Positions 1 to 11,328 are shown, counted from the stretch's first letter. The stretch is 30,994 bases of DNA from Cyanophora paradoxa CCMP329 (GCA_004431415.1 QPMI01000505.1:1-30994); one strand, 5' to 3'. Translations and numbers: made by a program. Notes: a model not told the origin generated them from the sequence alone.

Positions 1-194
1 TACGCGTACGAGCAAGATCGCGGCCGCTCAAGCGCAACAAGCTCGAGCGCCCAGCGCTAGCGCTAGCGTGGGCAGCGCAGACGCCTCCGCGGCGCCCCCG
101 ACCGGTCCCGAGACCTGCGCGCGCGGCCGCCGACTGCACGCCATGGGCAGCTCGTCAAATTGATATTTACATATTAATGTCAAATTAACGGGCG

Positions 195-3100
195 TCACTC
201 TTCCCTGCCGGCGCCGGAGGCAGCCCCCGGGCCGGAAGCGGCGCTGGCGCGGAGCGCGGGGCCGGGGGCGGGGATGCCGTGGGCGGGGGGCGCCTCCGGG
301 GGCGGCGGGAGGCGGGCGAGGAGGAGGGCGAGGCCGCCCTCGAGGCGGTCCAGCCGCCCCGCCACCTCCCGCCAGCCCGCCCCGGCCCGGCCCCGGCCCC
401 GGCCCCGCTTATGCCCAGCGCCTTCGAATTCCCCTCCGCCCCCTCGAGCTCCCCGAGGTCCGACGCCGACTGCCCCGCCCCGGACCCGGGCCCGCCCCCG
501 CCAGTGCCGGGGGCACCGGTGCCTCCGCGCGGCGGCGGGCCGGGCGGGCGCGGCGGCGGTGCGGGGGCCCGTGCGTTGGCGGCTCCGGGGGCGGGATGGC
601 GAGGCGGGGCGGGGCGAAGCGCTCGCGGGCCCACTCGGAGCCTGCGATGAGGAGGAGGGCGGGGGCGAGGAGGAGCGTGGGGAGGCCGAGGGCGACGGGG
701 CCGCGGGCGCGGGCGGGGAGGAGGGGGAGGAGCGGGGCGAGGGCGAGCGGGGCGAGGTTGAAGGGGGGCAGGAGGCGCATGTCCGGCTCCTGCGTGCTGT
801 ACCGCAGCGTCCGCACCGCGCAGCTCAGCAGGAACTCCCCCGTCGCCTGCGTACGCGTACCCCCCGCGGCCGCCCTCAGCCCACAGCCCCGGGGCGGGGA
901 CGGGGCGGAGGCGGGGCGGAGCGCGCGTTCTTGATGACGGTGGCGTAGGTGCGGGAGAAGACGGCGATGAGGATGCGCTGCCGGGAAGCCATGATCCGCG
1001 GGCCGGGCCGAAGCCTAAGCGGGGGCCCGGGGCTCGGGGCGGCGCACGAGGAGGACGATGACGACGAGGACGAGGTACACCGTCAGCAGCACCGGGCCTG
1101 CCTCGACCGCGCGCGCCTTGCTCAGCCACGGGCCACGGCCAAGGGTTCGGGGGGCCCGGGGCCGGGGCGGGGGGGACCGAGGGAGGGGTGGAGGTCGGCG
1201 ACGGTGTCGTACTCGCGCGAGCCGACCGCCGACCGCAGCAGCGTGAACCTGCCCGCCCCGTCCGCCCCGCCCCGCACAGCCTTAGCCAGGGCCGCGTGGA
1301 GCGCGAAGGGTGGGGGCGGGCGGGCGGACGCGATGGAGGGGAGGTCGGCGGGGGGCTCGGAGGTCTGGAGGGCGAGGAGGGCGTGGGAGAAGCCGGCGAG
1401 GACGAGGGAGAGGACGGCGAGGAACCAGGCGGCCTCCGCCAGCATCTGCTGCACGCACACCAGCAGCACCCCGACCCACGGCACCCCCGCCAGCCCGTTC
1501 AGCAGCCGCAGCTGCCCGCAAGTCAGATTAGAGCTCTCTAAGTTTCCAGAGGGCGGGGCGGGGCGGGCGGGGCGGGGCGGGGCGGGGCGGGGCGGGCCCA
1601 GACGAGGGGCGCGGTGCAGGCGAGGAGGTCGAAGGCGACGGACGAGAGGGCGGCGTCCCCGCGCAGCAGCCCCGCCAGCCGCAGCCCGAACGCCGCCCCC
1701 AGCATCTGCCCCGCGCGGGGCGAGGATCGGCCCCGGTGCGAAAATCGCGCACGTGCAGGGGGGGCCGGGGCGGGCGGGAGCCGCACGGCGCTGAACGCAA
1801 AGTCGACTGCGGCGGGAGGAATCAGCTGCAGCCGCGGTGGCTGCAGGCTCGCGGTTGGCTACGGCCGCGGGCGGGGGCGGGTGCGCACTCCAGGCGAAGA
1901 GGCTGGAGAAGTAGGAGCGGCGGCCGCCGAGGCGGGCCTTGCGGAGCTGGTCGAGGAGGTAGGCCCCCGCCCACGCGATCAGCGCCATCTCCGCCACGTG
2001 CACCGACGCCCGCCGCGACCCCACCGCTGCGCCAGGCCGCGGCCGCCCCGTCGGCCCGTGATGAAGCTCGGATCTAGAACTTAAGCCTTCAGGCCCGGGG
2101 CTGCAAGGCTTATAAACTATTCTTCGGGGGCGTTGCACCGAGGGAGAAGAGGCAGAGGAAGAGGAAGGAGAGGGCGAGGTCCGCGAGGTACTGGTACCGC
2201 GGCACCCGGAACGACCCCACCGCCGACTGCCCCCGCGGGGGTCCGACGGTCATCGGGAGAGCGCCGCGCAGGGGCCGACATCTAGATGGCAGGGGGTGCC
2301 GGGCCTGGCGCGCCTGGAAGGTCGGCTTCCCCCCGCGGGGCCGGTAGCGGGCCGCGCAGACGTCCGGTAGCTCCTCGCAGGCCCTGCAGCTCACGACCTG
2401 CCGCCACGGAAACGGTCAGCTGCAGCTACAGCTAGATCTTCTGGAGTTGAGAGCTTTCTGTGGAGCGTGCACGTGCCTTGTCGAGTTCGAGGAGGGAGGC
2501 AGCTGCAGAGCGGTAGCCCGAGCACTCGTGCTCCGGCGCCTCCGCCACCAGCGGCGGCAGCAGCAGGTTCCCCCGCCTGCGCCCCGCCCCGGCCAGGCCC
2601 GGCCGCCCCCGCTCAGCGCGAGCGCGATATCGATCGAGCAGGCCTATGCCGAGTCTTCCCGGCCGGGCCCCGCGAAAATGACGCGAAAGCACCAAATCTG
2701 CAAAATACGTTTGAGCCCCGGCGGCAAAAAGCGAAGAGAGAACGGGCCTCTTCGAGGCAGTCGGTGACGCGCGGGTCGCTGACGAAGACGCGGGCGCGGC
2801 TGGAGACCGCCAGCTCCAGCGCGCTCTCCCGACCTGCGAGCTAGGATTGAGCTCAGAAATCTATCTGAGGCACCGCGAAAAAGCGCGTACGAGGCGCGGC
2901 GGCGCGCTCGCCGGGCGCCGTGAAGCGGTGCGTCAGGACCGACACGAGGCGCTCCTGCCGCCCGAACTCCGACAGCACATATTTCGCGAGGACTGCCCCG
3001 GGCCGGATTCGGACTCAGCGCTAGCTGGTCGGGCGCGCAGTCTCTCGCACCTTCGCAGTACTTTGCCCGGGAGGTGAGAAGATCGGACTCGGCCAAACGC

Positions 3101-3525
3101 TCCGTCGCCGTGGCGGCCTCCGAGAGGCGCGTGGCGGCGAGGATGCACAGGTACACGCTGGAGCCGCCAAGGCGCTCGAGGATGTAGCGGACAGTGCGGG
3201 CTGGAATGAAGATGCGCTTGTCCTCCGGCAGGGCCTCCAACACGGCGCCTTGCGCGATTTCGAGCACGAAATCCAGTCCCTCCGCCAGATCGCCGGGAGC
3301 GCTTGCCGGCGAGATCGAGCGGCCGCGAAAGGACGCCAGTGACGCGAAGCTTAAGGATCCGGAGGCTTTGGACTCCGGTCGGCGGCGCGGGGAAGACGCG
3401 CTCCTCTCCGGCTCGGTCGTGCGCGCGCGGCGAAAAGCGACAGAGCGGAGAAGAGGCGAGCGCTCCGAGGCAGCCGGCGCCGGCGACGCGATTCGCGAGA
3501 TTTCCGCGCTTGAGCTCATGATCAT
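195..3525 (-). CDS. Yvc1/TRPY1-like TRP cation channel, multi-exon; both ends approximate
   Basis: Manual splicing gives motifs in Yvc1/TRPY order: LLTSRAKYCE|VLAKYVL, SALELAVSSRARVFVSDPRVTDCLEE|IW|RG, FRVPRYQYLADLALSFLFL (pre-S1/S1), AFDLLACTAPLVW|LRLL (S4), WFLAVLSLVLAGFSHALLAL (S5), VYLVLVVIVLL..ILIAVFSRTYATVIKN|ATGEFLLSCAVRTLRYSTQEPDMRLLPPFNL (S6 and post-S6), then a coiled-coil-like RLDRLEGGLALLLARL before TGA at 197-195. Family assignment is from recalled motifs, not a search. Confidence 0.8.
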
Positions 3526-3950
3526 CGCGACGTAGGTCGAGTCGTCGCCTACCGCACGCGCGCGCCTCCCGCTGGAAGGTGCGAAACTTTTTGATCGGTG
3601 CGAAATCGCCTGCCGGGGTACGGCGCGAAAATTTGATCGGCCAAGGTTTGGCCTGCAAGGCACTGCCGGCCGGAGGGTATAAATCCAGCTGCGGTATTTG
3701 CAGCTGCACACACCTTCGGTGCGAGTTTTGCGCTCCCTGATCATGAGGCTCTGGTTCGCGAGTTGAATTTGAACCCGGCAGATTTCGCGAGGTGCGATTT
3801 CGCGGCCGGGGCTTTCGCATCGTCGGCTTCGAATTCCAGTCAAGATCCCCGCGAGGCTCTCGCGGCGAAAAGCAATCGATTCAAATTTTTCTTCGAGTCT
3901 AGCATCGACATCGACATCACTGCAGCTGTCATCAGCAGCACTCTCTCGAT

Positions 3951-4268
3951 TTACGAGATGTCTCCTCCTCCTTCGACCCGCTTCGAATTCGGCTCACCAG
4001 TTCGCTCGGCAAGCACGTGCACCACCACATCGGCGTCAGCGACGTCGCTGCGCTCCGGATCCCATGCGTATGGCCAGGAGGAGTACCTGGCGATGGCAGC
4101 GCGAAGGAGGGCGAGCGCGCGCACGCGGCCACCCTTCGAGGCCGCCTCTCGCACCCGGCGGTCCGCCCCCGCGAGGTCGTGGTCCGGGGCGGACATTGAC
4201 TGCGCGCTTTCTTTCGTTATCGCCCTTCTTGTCGTCGCTACAGTCGCGGCCGGCATCTCTGCCCTCAT
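3951..4268 (-). CDS. Possible short hypothetical protein
   Basis: Intronless ORF between the TRP gene and the WDR82 3' end with plausible coding character (RALALLRAAIARYSSWPYAWDPE). No recognisable domain. Confidence 0.2.
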   Translation of the reverse strand: MRAEMPAATVATTRRAITKESAQSMSAPDHDLAGADRRVREAASKGGRVRALALLRAAIARYSSWPYAWDPERSDVADADVVVHVLAERTGEPNSKRVEGGGDIS

Positions 4269-4691
4269 CGGGCAAGCCTAGTTCTAGGCTAGGCTTCGAT
4301 TTTCGCAGTCGTGATCAGCCTTCAGCTTGCAATTGCAATTGAGCTCACCGACGCGAGCTCGAGCTCTAGATCTTCGAAAATTTCTCCCCACATATGCATG
4401 CGTTTGTAGTTCACCGGTTACCGGTACCGATCGATATCGCGAAACCGGATCCTCATGATCACAAAAGATTCGCTCGAACTATAGCTAGCAGCTATACAGC
4501 CGTCGATACGTGTGTGCAGTTCCCCAATATAGGCTAGCCGTAGCCTGCACATAGCCTAGTAGCTCGGAGCACCGATCTCCTAATTAACCGTCCGACCCTG
4601 CCTACAACATGCGATGCACGCCGCCCCCGTGCATTGCAGTCTCGGGTGGTCACTGTCTGCATTTGTTCTTTCGCGGGGCGGGGGGCAAAGG

Positions 4692-6314
4692 TCAGGCGGA
4701 GAGGTCGGTGCTGAGCCAGAAGACGAGGTTGGTGCAGGCGGAGGCGACGACCATCTTCTTGGGGTTCCACTGGACGCAGCCGACGGGGCCGGCGTGCCCC
4801 CGCCACGTCGCCACCAGCGAGCCCGTCGCCGTGCTCCACACCAGCACCGTCCCGTCCTCCGAGCCTGCCCCGCCCCGCCCTCAACGCGTGCCGGCGGGGC
4901 GGGGCGGGGCGGGCCAGGGCGGGCGGGGCGGGCGCACCGGCGAGGATGAACTGGGAGTCGGGGCTGAAGGAGGACTCGAGGACGGAGGCCATGTCGTTCG
5001 TCACCCCGCGGAACGTCCGCACCTGCCGGCGCCGCTCGGCGTGGCGCGGAGGGGCCGTGGCCCGGCGAGGGGAGGGGAGGGCGCGGGGCGGCGCACGAGC
5101 TTGCCCTCGAAGGCGTCGAGGAGGTAGAGCGTGCCCTCCGTCGTCCCCAGCAGCACGAACTTGCCGTCCGGGCTGAACTTCATCGTCGTCCTGCCCCCGC
5201 CCCGCTCGCTCGCCCCGGGCGCCCCAAGCGCCGGGCCGGGCGGGGCGGGGGCGGCGCACCACTCGACCTGCTTGTCGTTGACGTAGAAGGTCTCAAACGG
5301 ACCCTTGTCGAAGGATCGCAGATCGTACAGCTTCACCTGCGCACCCGCCCCGCCCGCTCGCCGCCGCGCGGGACCGGGCGCGCTGCGGGGCGGGCGGGCG
5401 GGCGGGCGGGCAGGCCTGGTTGGGCTGCATCGCGGCGGCGAAGATGAGCCCCTGCGGATCGTACGAGACGGCAGGCCGGCCCCGGATCCGCAGCACGCCC
5501 TGCGCCCCCGCCTCAGGCGCACGGCGCGGGCCGGGCAGGGCGCGGGCCCGGGCTGGGCGCGGGGGCGGGGCGCGGGGGCGGGGCGGGAGCGGGAGCGGAC
5601 GCGCCTGGCAGACGTTGGTGCGGAGGTCCCAGAGGCGGACTGTGTCGTCTACGGAGCCCGATATGAACGTGTCGTTCACCGGCGACATCGCCAGCGACAC
5701 CACCCTGCGCCCGCCCCGCCCCTCGGCCCGCGCCCTGCAGCGGCGCGCGGCGCGCGCGGCCCGGCCCGGCCCGCACCGGTCCCGGTGGCCCTTGAAGTAG
5801 CGCAGGTACCGGTTGTCGTAGAGCGAGAGGTACCGCAGCGACTCTGCGCGCCGGCGCGGCTCTCGGCGGGCGTCCGCCGAGGGGAGACCCCGGCGCAGGG
5901 CGCACCGTCCCAGCCGTTCTTCGACGCGCAGATGACAGCGCTCGGGGCGTGCGTGAACCGCGTCAGCTCCACGCCGTACTTCTTGCTGAAGAGGACCTTC
6001 TGCTGCCTGCGGGCAGGATGGGAGCGGTCGGGCGACGCGGGACGAGGGCGCTGGATGCGGGGATTCAGCACGCACGTTCCAGAGTTCATGTTGTACAGGT
6101 GCAGCGACTCGTCGTCGCTGGCGGTGATGAGGAACTCGCCGTTCGAAGAGAAGTCGATCGAGTTGATGCGGGCGGTCTGCGTGGCGGGCGGCCGATGAGA
6201 TGCGCCGGGAGGGCGAAAGGTAAAGCGCCGCCAGCTGCGCACGTTGTCCTTGAAGACCTTCGCCATCTGCATGGAGCTGACGACGCCTTCAGTGATCGCC
6301 GCCGAGCGCGCCAT
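4692..6314 (-). CDS. WDR82: WD40-repeat protein WDR82/Swd2 (COMPASS / PNUTS-PP1 subunit), 10 exons
   Basis: Nine introns (6177-6242, 6007-6075, 5844-5905, 5705-5776, 5500-5604, 5337-5415, 5191-5259, 5023-5096, 4865-4937) splice to an intact frame. It contains the WDR82 hallmarks INSIDFSSNGEFLITASDDESL, SKKYGV, LRYLSLYDNRYLRYFKGH, KLYDLRSFDKGPF, MKFSPDGK and FSPDSQFILAGSEDG, and ends ASACTNLVFWL. Stop TGA at 4694-4692. Confidence 0.96.
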
Positions 6315-6541
6315 GGCTCCTCCGGCGCGACGGGGCCTAGCTAAGCTCGGGCGTGTCGCGAAGCTCGCCGCTGCTACGCGATGACACGAGATTCGCGCGG
6401 CGGCAAAAGACGCCTAGTCCGCGAAGCGGGATGTCCCGCTCCCTTGCCTGCACCGATTCCGAGTTGATTCGACCCCGTTTACTGCTGTTGAAGCGAGTTT
6501 TAAGAGAAGCGAGCCTGGATTCGCGTATCCCCCTGACCACC
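6315..6541. promoter_or_regulatory. Putative bidirectional promoter shared by WDR82 and the glycosylase gene
   Basis: Only 227 bp separate the two divergent ATGs (6314 on -, 6542 on +). Inferred from geometry alone. Confidence 0.55.
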
Positions 6542-7965
6542 ATGAAGCGCGCCGCGAGCGCGATGACGGGAACGGCGGCTCGAGCTCGAAGCTCGAAGCG
6601 CTCGCCGAGTCCAGAAGCAACTACCAGCTCGCCCTCGAGCTCCCGCCGACGCACGCGGAGATCGCTTGCCGCCGAGCTCGACGCCGCCGCCGCCGAACTC
6701 GACGCGGTTCCGGCCGTGTCGTTCGCAGCCCCGGTGGTGCCGCCGTTACTCGGCGACTGGCGCGACGAAGCGCTCGCGCACCTGAGCGCGTCCTCGCCGA
6801 AGATGCGTGACCTGGTGCGCATGCGCTCGCGGCCGATCAGCGCGACGCGTACGTGCATTTCGCGCTCACGCTCGTTGTTGGCCAGATCGAGCGCGTCGGA
6901 CCACCGCCCCCGTCGTTCCGCGGCGACGACGCGACCGACACGTTCTCCGCTCTCTCCAAGGCAAGCGCACGCGACCGCTTGCTCTCATTTTGCTTACGCT
7001 GGCTCCAGAGCATCATATTCCAGCAGCTCGCGGGTGCGGCGACGCCCGGCGAGCAGCAGCGCTAGCGATAGAGGCCGGCAACGCGCCGACGCTTGCGCAG
7101 GGAGCGCGGCGAAGGCGATCGAGGCGCGGTACCTGTCGCTCTTCGGCACCGACGGCAGGCACCCCTCTCCCGCCGCCGTCGCCGCCGGTCCGCCCCTGCC
7201 GGCCTTCCCGCCAGCGCGCGCCGCGGCCGCGCAGTGGGCCGGTCGCTGACGGGGAGGCGCAGCGGAGGCGGGGCTGCTGCTCTCGGCGGGGCTCTCGAAG
7301 CAGAAGGCCGGGTACCTGCAGGGCCTGGCGCGGGCGTGCGCGGCGGGGGAGCTGCCGCTGGAGCTGGCGGCGTTCGGGGGCCTGGAGGACGGGGCCGTGG
7401 CGGGGCGGCTGAGGCGCGTCAAGGGGGTCGGGCCGTGGACGGCGGACATGTTCCTGCTCTTCACCCTCGAGCGCCGCGACGTCCTCCCCGTCGGCGACCT
7501 CGGTCCGGCCCCTCCGCCCCTCGCCGCCGCCGCGTCAGCTGGGCATAGCGCGCAACCTCCACCGCCGCGCCTGACTGGCCGGCCGGTCGCGGCGCAGGCG
7601 TGCGGAAGGGGGTGCAGGAGGTGCGCGCGGGGCGGGGCGAGATCGAGAGCGGGGATGGCGTGAGGGCCGCGGGGGCTGTCTGAGCGGGGCGGCGCGCGGG
7701 GGGCGCGGGGGCGAGGGCAGGTCTTCGGGCTTCGGGAGCTGCCGAAGGCGGGGGAGATGGAGCGCCTGACGGAGGCCTGGCGCCCCTGGAGGTCCATCGG
7801 CAGCTGGCGCGCCCCGGCCCGGCCCCGCCCCGCCCGCCCCGCCGCCCCGCCCCTCCGCCCCGCCCCGCCCCTGACGTCGGCGCGCCCCGCTGCCGCGCCC
7901 CCCGCCCCGCCCCGCCCCGCCCCGCCAGGTACATGTGGCGCGCCAAGGGCACCGTCACACTGTGA
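6542..7965 (+). CDS. MAG1: DNA-3-methyladenine glycosylase II, AlkA/Mag1 family (HhH-GPD), 8 exons
   Basis: Seven introns (6815-6885, 6961-7008, 7034-7100, 7188-7262, 7503-7597, 7621-7720, 7807-7928) give FSALSKSIIFQQLAGSAAKAI, AGLSKQKAGYL, the HhH motif LRRVKGVGPWTADM, the catalytic DVLPVGDLGVRKG and WRPWRSIGSWYMWR. Stop TGA at 7963-7965. Confidence 0.93.
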
Positions 7966-8359
7966 TCATGATGTCTTGCACGCGCCGATCGATGCGAACG
8001 GCCCCGCGGCCGTATGCGCTCTTGTAAGCCGCCGCCGCCACCTTCCGAGCGCGCGAAACGTGCGCGCGCACGCTGTCCAGCCTGCTGTCGACGCCCCATG
8101 GCACAACAAGGGGAAATATTAATTATCTGAGCGTGGGACAGCATTTCTAACGATATATACACATCTACATTTCAATCGCTCCAAATCTGGTATAAGCACT
8201 GCGGCATCAGCATCGCATCGGACACGGATCGATTTAGCATCAAGTATGGTCTGAAAAGCGGCTTCGCAGAGTCTCAGAGTCTCATGAATACTAGGGAGAA
8301 ACACTGCAATATATATAATAGGACGCTTGAAAAAATCAGCGTTGTGTAGTCGACTGTGA

Positions 8360-9460
8360 CTAAGTTTGCTTAAGCTTTACTAAAGCGAAGTTTGGAAACA
8401 AGAGCTGGCAGCGAATCCAGTCCAAATACTTCCAGGTGGCAGCCTTGAGAAGCTGCTGGACGTCCACGGGTACGGGCTGGGGAGAAGCCGGGGGGGGGGG
8501 GGGGGGGGGGGCGGGGGCGCTCATGATCACGACTAGTACTGGGAGCTGGTGGGCCGCTGGCGGGGGCGGGGCCGGGCGGGAAGCCTGCGCCGTGCTGGCC
8601 ACGGGCGTGCTCGCCCATGGGGGGTACGGCTGTCCGGGCGCACCGCGCCGTAGCCGGCGCCCTCCGTCGGCTCCCTGCCGGCCGCCTGCGGCGCGCCCGG
8701 GGGCGGGCCGAAGGGCGCTGGGGGGATCCAGGGGGCAGGCCCCCCAGGGCCCGGCAGCGGGCGGGGGGCCTCGAGGGCGTGGCTCCTGCGGCCCCAGGCG
8801 TCGGCCTCGGCGGGGGGCCACTGGCCGCCGGCGGATGCGGGGGCCTGGAGGGAGATCATGGAGGGGGGCGGCAGGGGCGGCCCGTGCGCCGCCTCCCGCT
8901 CGATCCCGAGGCGCTGCTGCGCGTACCCGTACCCGTACCCGTGCCCCGCCTGCGCCTGCGCGCCGTACGCGTACGCCGCGTGCGCGTGCGCGTGGCGCTC
9001 GTCCTGGGGCTGGGGCCCCGGCGCCTGCGCCGCCGCGTGCGCGCCGTACGCGTGGTGCACCGCCGGCTGCAGCCGCTGCAGGGGCTGCCCGTTCGCCCCC
9101 GTTCCTGCGCGTGGGCCCCCGCAGAGCGCTCGCCCTGCTTCTGCTTCTGCTTCTGCTGCTGCTGCTGCGGCCGCCGCTGCGGGGGAGGGCGCTGCTGCGG
9201 CTTGCGGCGGCTCGCGGGAGCCGGCCGCTCCTCGTCGCCGCTGCCGCCGTCGTCGTCGCTGGAGGGCGGCGTCAGTGGGGCGCCGGGGGCGGCGGCGGGG
9301 CGGGGCGGGCCCGTCGAGCGCGGCGAGGGAGGGGAGGCCGCCCTGCCCCTCGGGCCCGTCCATGCCGCCGAGCAGCGCCGACGACTGCGCGATGTGCCGC
9401 CGCGCGTTCGCCAGCAGCTCCGGCGCGTCTGCACCCGCCCCGTCACCCCCCGCCCCGGCA
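8360..9460 (-). CDS. Low-complexity Ala/Gly/Pro/Gln/His-rich coding-like segment; either the 3' part of the RWP-RK gene or a separate gene
   Basis: Long open frames with protein-like text (ELLANARRHIAQSSALLGG; HAHAHAAYAYGAQAQAGHGYGYGYAQQ; PVDVQQLLKAATWKYLDWIR). They are broken by apparent frameshifts and a 22-G run at 8490-8511. Exon structure unresolved. Confidence 0.35.
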
Positions 9461-9708
9461 CGCGAGCGCAAGCCCCTGGAAATGGAAGGGGAGAGGGAAT
9501 GGAGCACCCGCGACCCTGAAAATGGAAGGAAAAAAGGAAACGGAAGGCGGGGGGCGCCGGGGCGGTGGTGCAGAATTCTGCAGAGGAGGCCAGGAATGGC
9601 GGGCAAAGGCCTAGGCCTAGGGGGCTGTGGAACGTGTACCGGCGTCTTTGCCGCTGTTGGGGGGTTGGGTTGGCAATGCATGGGGTTGGGGCGGGCCGGG
9701 GGAGCAAG

Positions 9709-11328
9709 CTAGTCCCCGAAAACGAATCGGGCGGCGCCACCTCTGCCCCCGCGGAACCCCCCGCGGGAGGGGTCCGCGAGGACAGAGGTGAGCGCCTCCT
9801 GCAGCGCCTCCAGCACCCCCCGCAGCTCATCGGACTGCCGCGCCCGCCCGCCCCGTAAGTGTTGCCTGCGGCGCCGGCCGGGGCCGGATCCCGGAGCGGC
9901 GGGGCGGGGCGGCGTGGGGAGGCGCACGAGGCGGGCGAGGCCGGCGGCGACGTGGCCGCCGGGGCGCTGGCCGGCCTGCGCCGCCTGCACGCGCTCCAGC
10001 GCGAGCTGCGCCGCCGACTCCCACCGCTTCAGCCCCGCGATCTTGCGCTGCGGCCTGCGCGCGCGCCCCGCCCCGGCCGGCCCGCGTCGCCTCTAGCCCG
10101 GTTGCGCAGGTGGCGGGGCGAGAGGGCGGGGGCGGACCAGCGGGGAGGCCGAGGGCGCGGCAGGCGGACTTGAGGGTGGAGACGGAGACGGAGAGGGCCT
10201 GCGCCGCCTCCACGATCGGCAGCGCGAAGAGCTGCGTCCGCTCGATCGAGCCCGGCCAGCGTCCGCGCTTCCCCTCCCCCGCCCCGGACTCGCTCAGGAA
10301 GGAGAGCAGCTGCGCCGAGAGCGTGTTCTCCCGCGACGCCGGCACCAGCGCCCTCCGCTGCCGCCCGCTCGGCCCGCCGCGCGCGGCGAGGCGGGGCGGG
10401 CGGGCGGGGCGGCCCACCGGCGCGTGCGGCTGGCCCCCGCCGCCCGGCTCGCGGTCGTCGAGGCGGGGCCGCTTGGGCCGGCCTGCTCCTCGAAGCCCGG
10501 ACGGCGGTCTCCGGAGGCTGCTCCCGAGCCCGGGGCGGCGTAGTAGGAGCCGGCGGCGTCCCGCGCGTGGCTGTAGTGCGAGACCAAGGCGCCGCCGCCG
10601 GCCGACGTGGCGGCGGGGATGGTGTACGCCGAGTGGGCCCCGCCGCCCGCCCCCTGCCACGCGGGGGCCACCCGTACCCCGTTCCGCCCGCCCGCCGCCC
10701 ACGGCCCGCCGTGCGGCGCCGCGGGGCCGCCGTGAGGGCCATAGGGGGCCCCGTAGCCTGCGGTGGAGCCGTGGCCTGCGGTGGCGCCCTGGGGCCCGTC
10801 GGGGCCCTCGGGCGGCCGCGGCGCGAACGGGTCTCGCCACTGCGAGCCGCTCCCGCCGTGCCCCTCTCCGGGCCCTTGCCCGCCAAAGCCGGTGGGGCCC
10901 CAGGGCGCGCCGCCCGAGCCCGAGGGGGCCGCGCTGGGGTGAAGGAACATGGAATGGGCGGAGACGTTGCCGTACGAGGGCCCGCCGGCAGTGGCGCCCT
11001 GCCCGCTGTTGCCGCCGCTGCCGCCGCCGGCAGCGCTACCACCGTATGCCGGCTGGGTGCCGTTTGGCGGGCCCCCGTACGCGCTTGCCGCGCCGCTGGC
11101 AAAACCGGAAGGCCCCGAGGCGTGGGGCTCCACTGCTCCGCTCGATGCGCCGGCGCCCAAACCGCCCGAGCCTGTTCGCCCAGAATCGATTCCTCTCTCG
11201 CGTCGAGCGGCGAGTGCGTCGAAAAGAAAAGGCGCACGGTCGGAGCCTCGTGGTTCCGAGGTCCCGGGGCCCGACGTGCTCGGATAGCCGCCCCAGCCAT
11301 AGCTGGGGAGCATCGCCGACATCCGCAT
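9709..11328 (-). CDS. RWP-RK domain transcription factor (NIN/RKD/MID superfamily); ends uncertain, two apparent 1-bp frameshifts
   Basis: RTQLFALPIVEAAQALSVSVSTLKSACRALGLP(R)W|PQRKIAGLKR spans intron 10055-10137 and is followed by a helical segment SDELRGVLEALQEALTSVLADP. The N-terminus is Gly/Pro/Ala-rich with an NLS-like KRPRL. Continuity needs one extra base in each of the G runs at ~10142-10145 and ~10475-10477. Confidence 0.8.

Noticed and set aside
6007-6242. First two WDR82 introns are 3n and stop-free (66 and 69 nt)
   Set aside because: Expected by chance at high GC, and retention would disrupt the WD40 fold.
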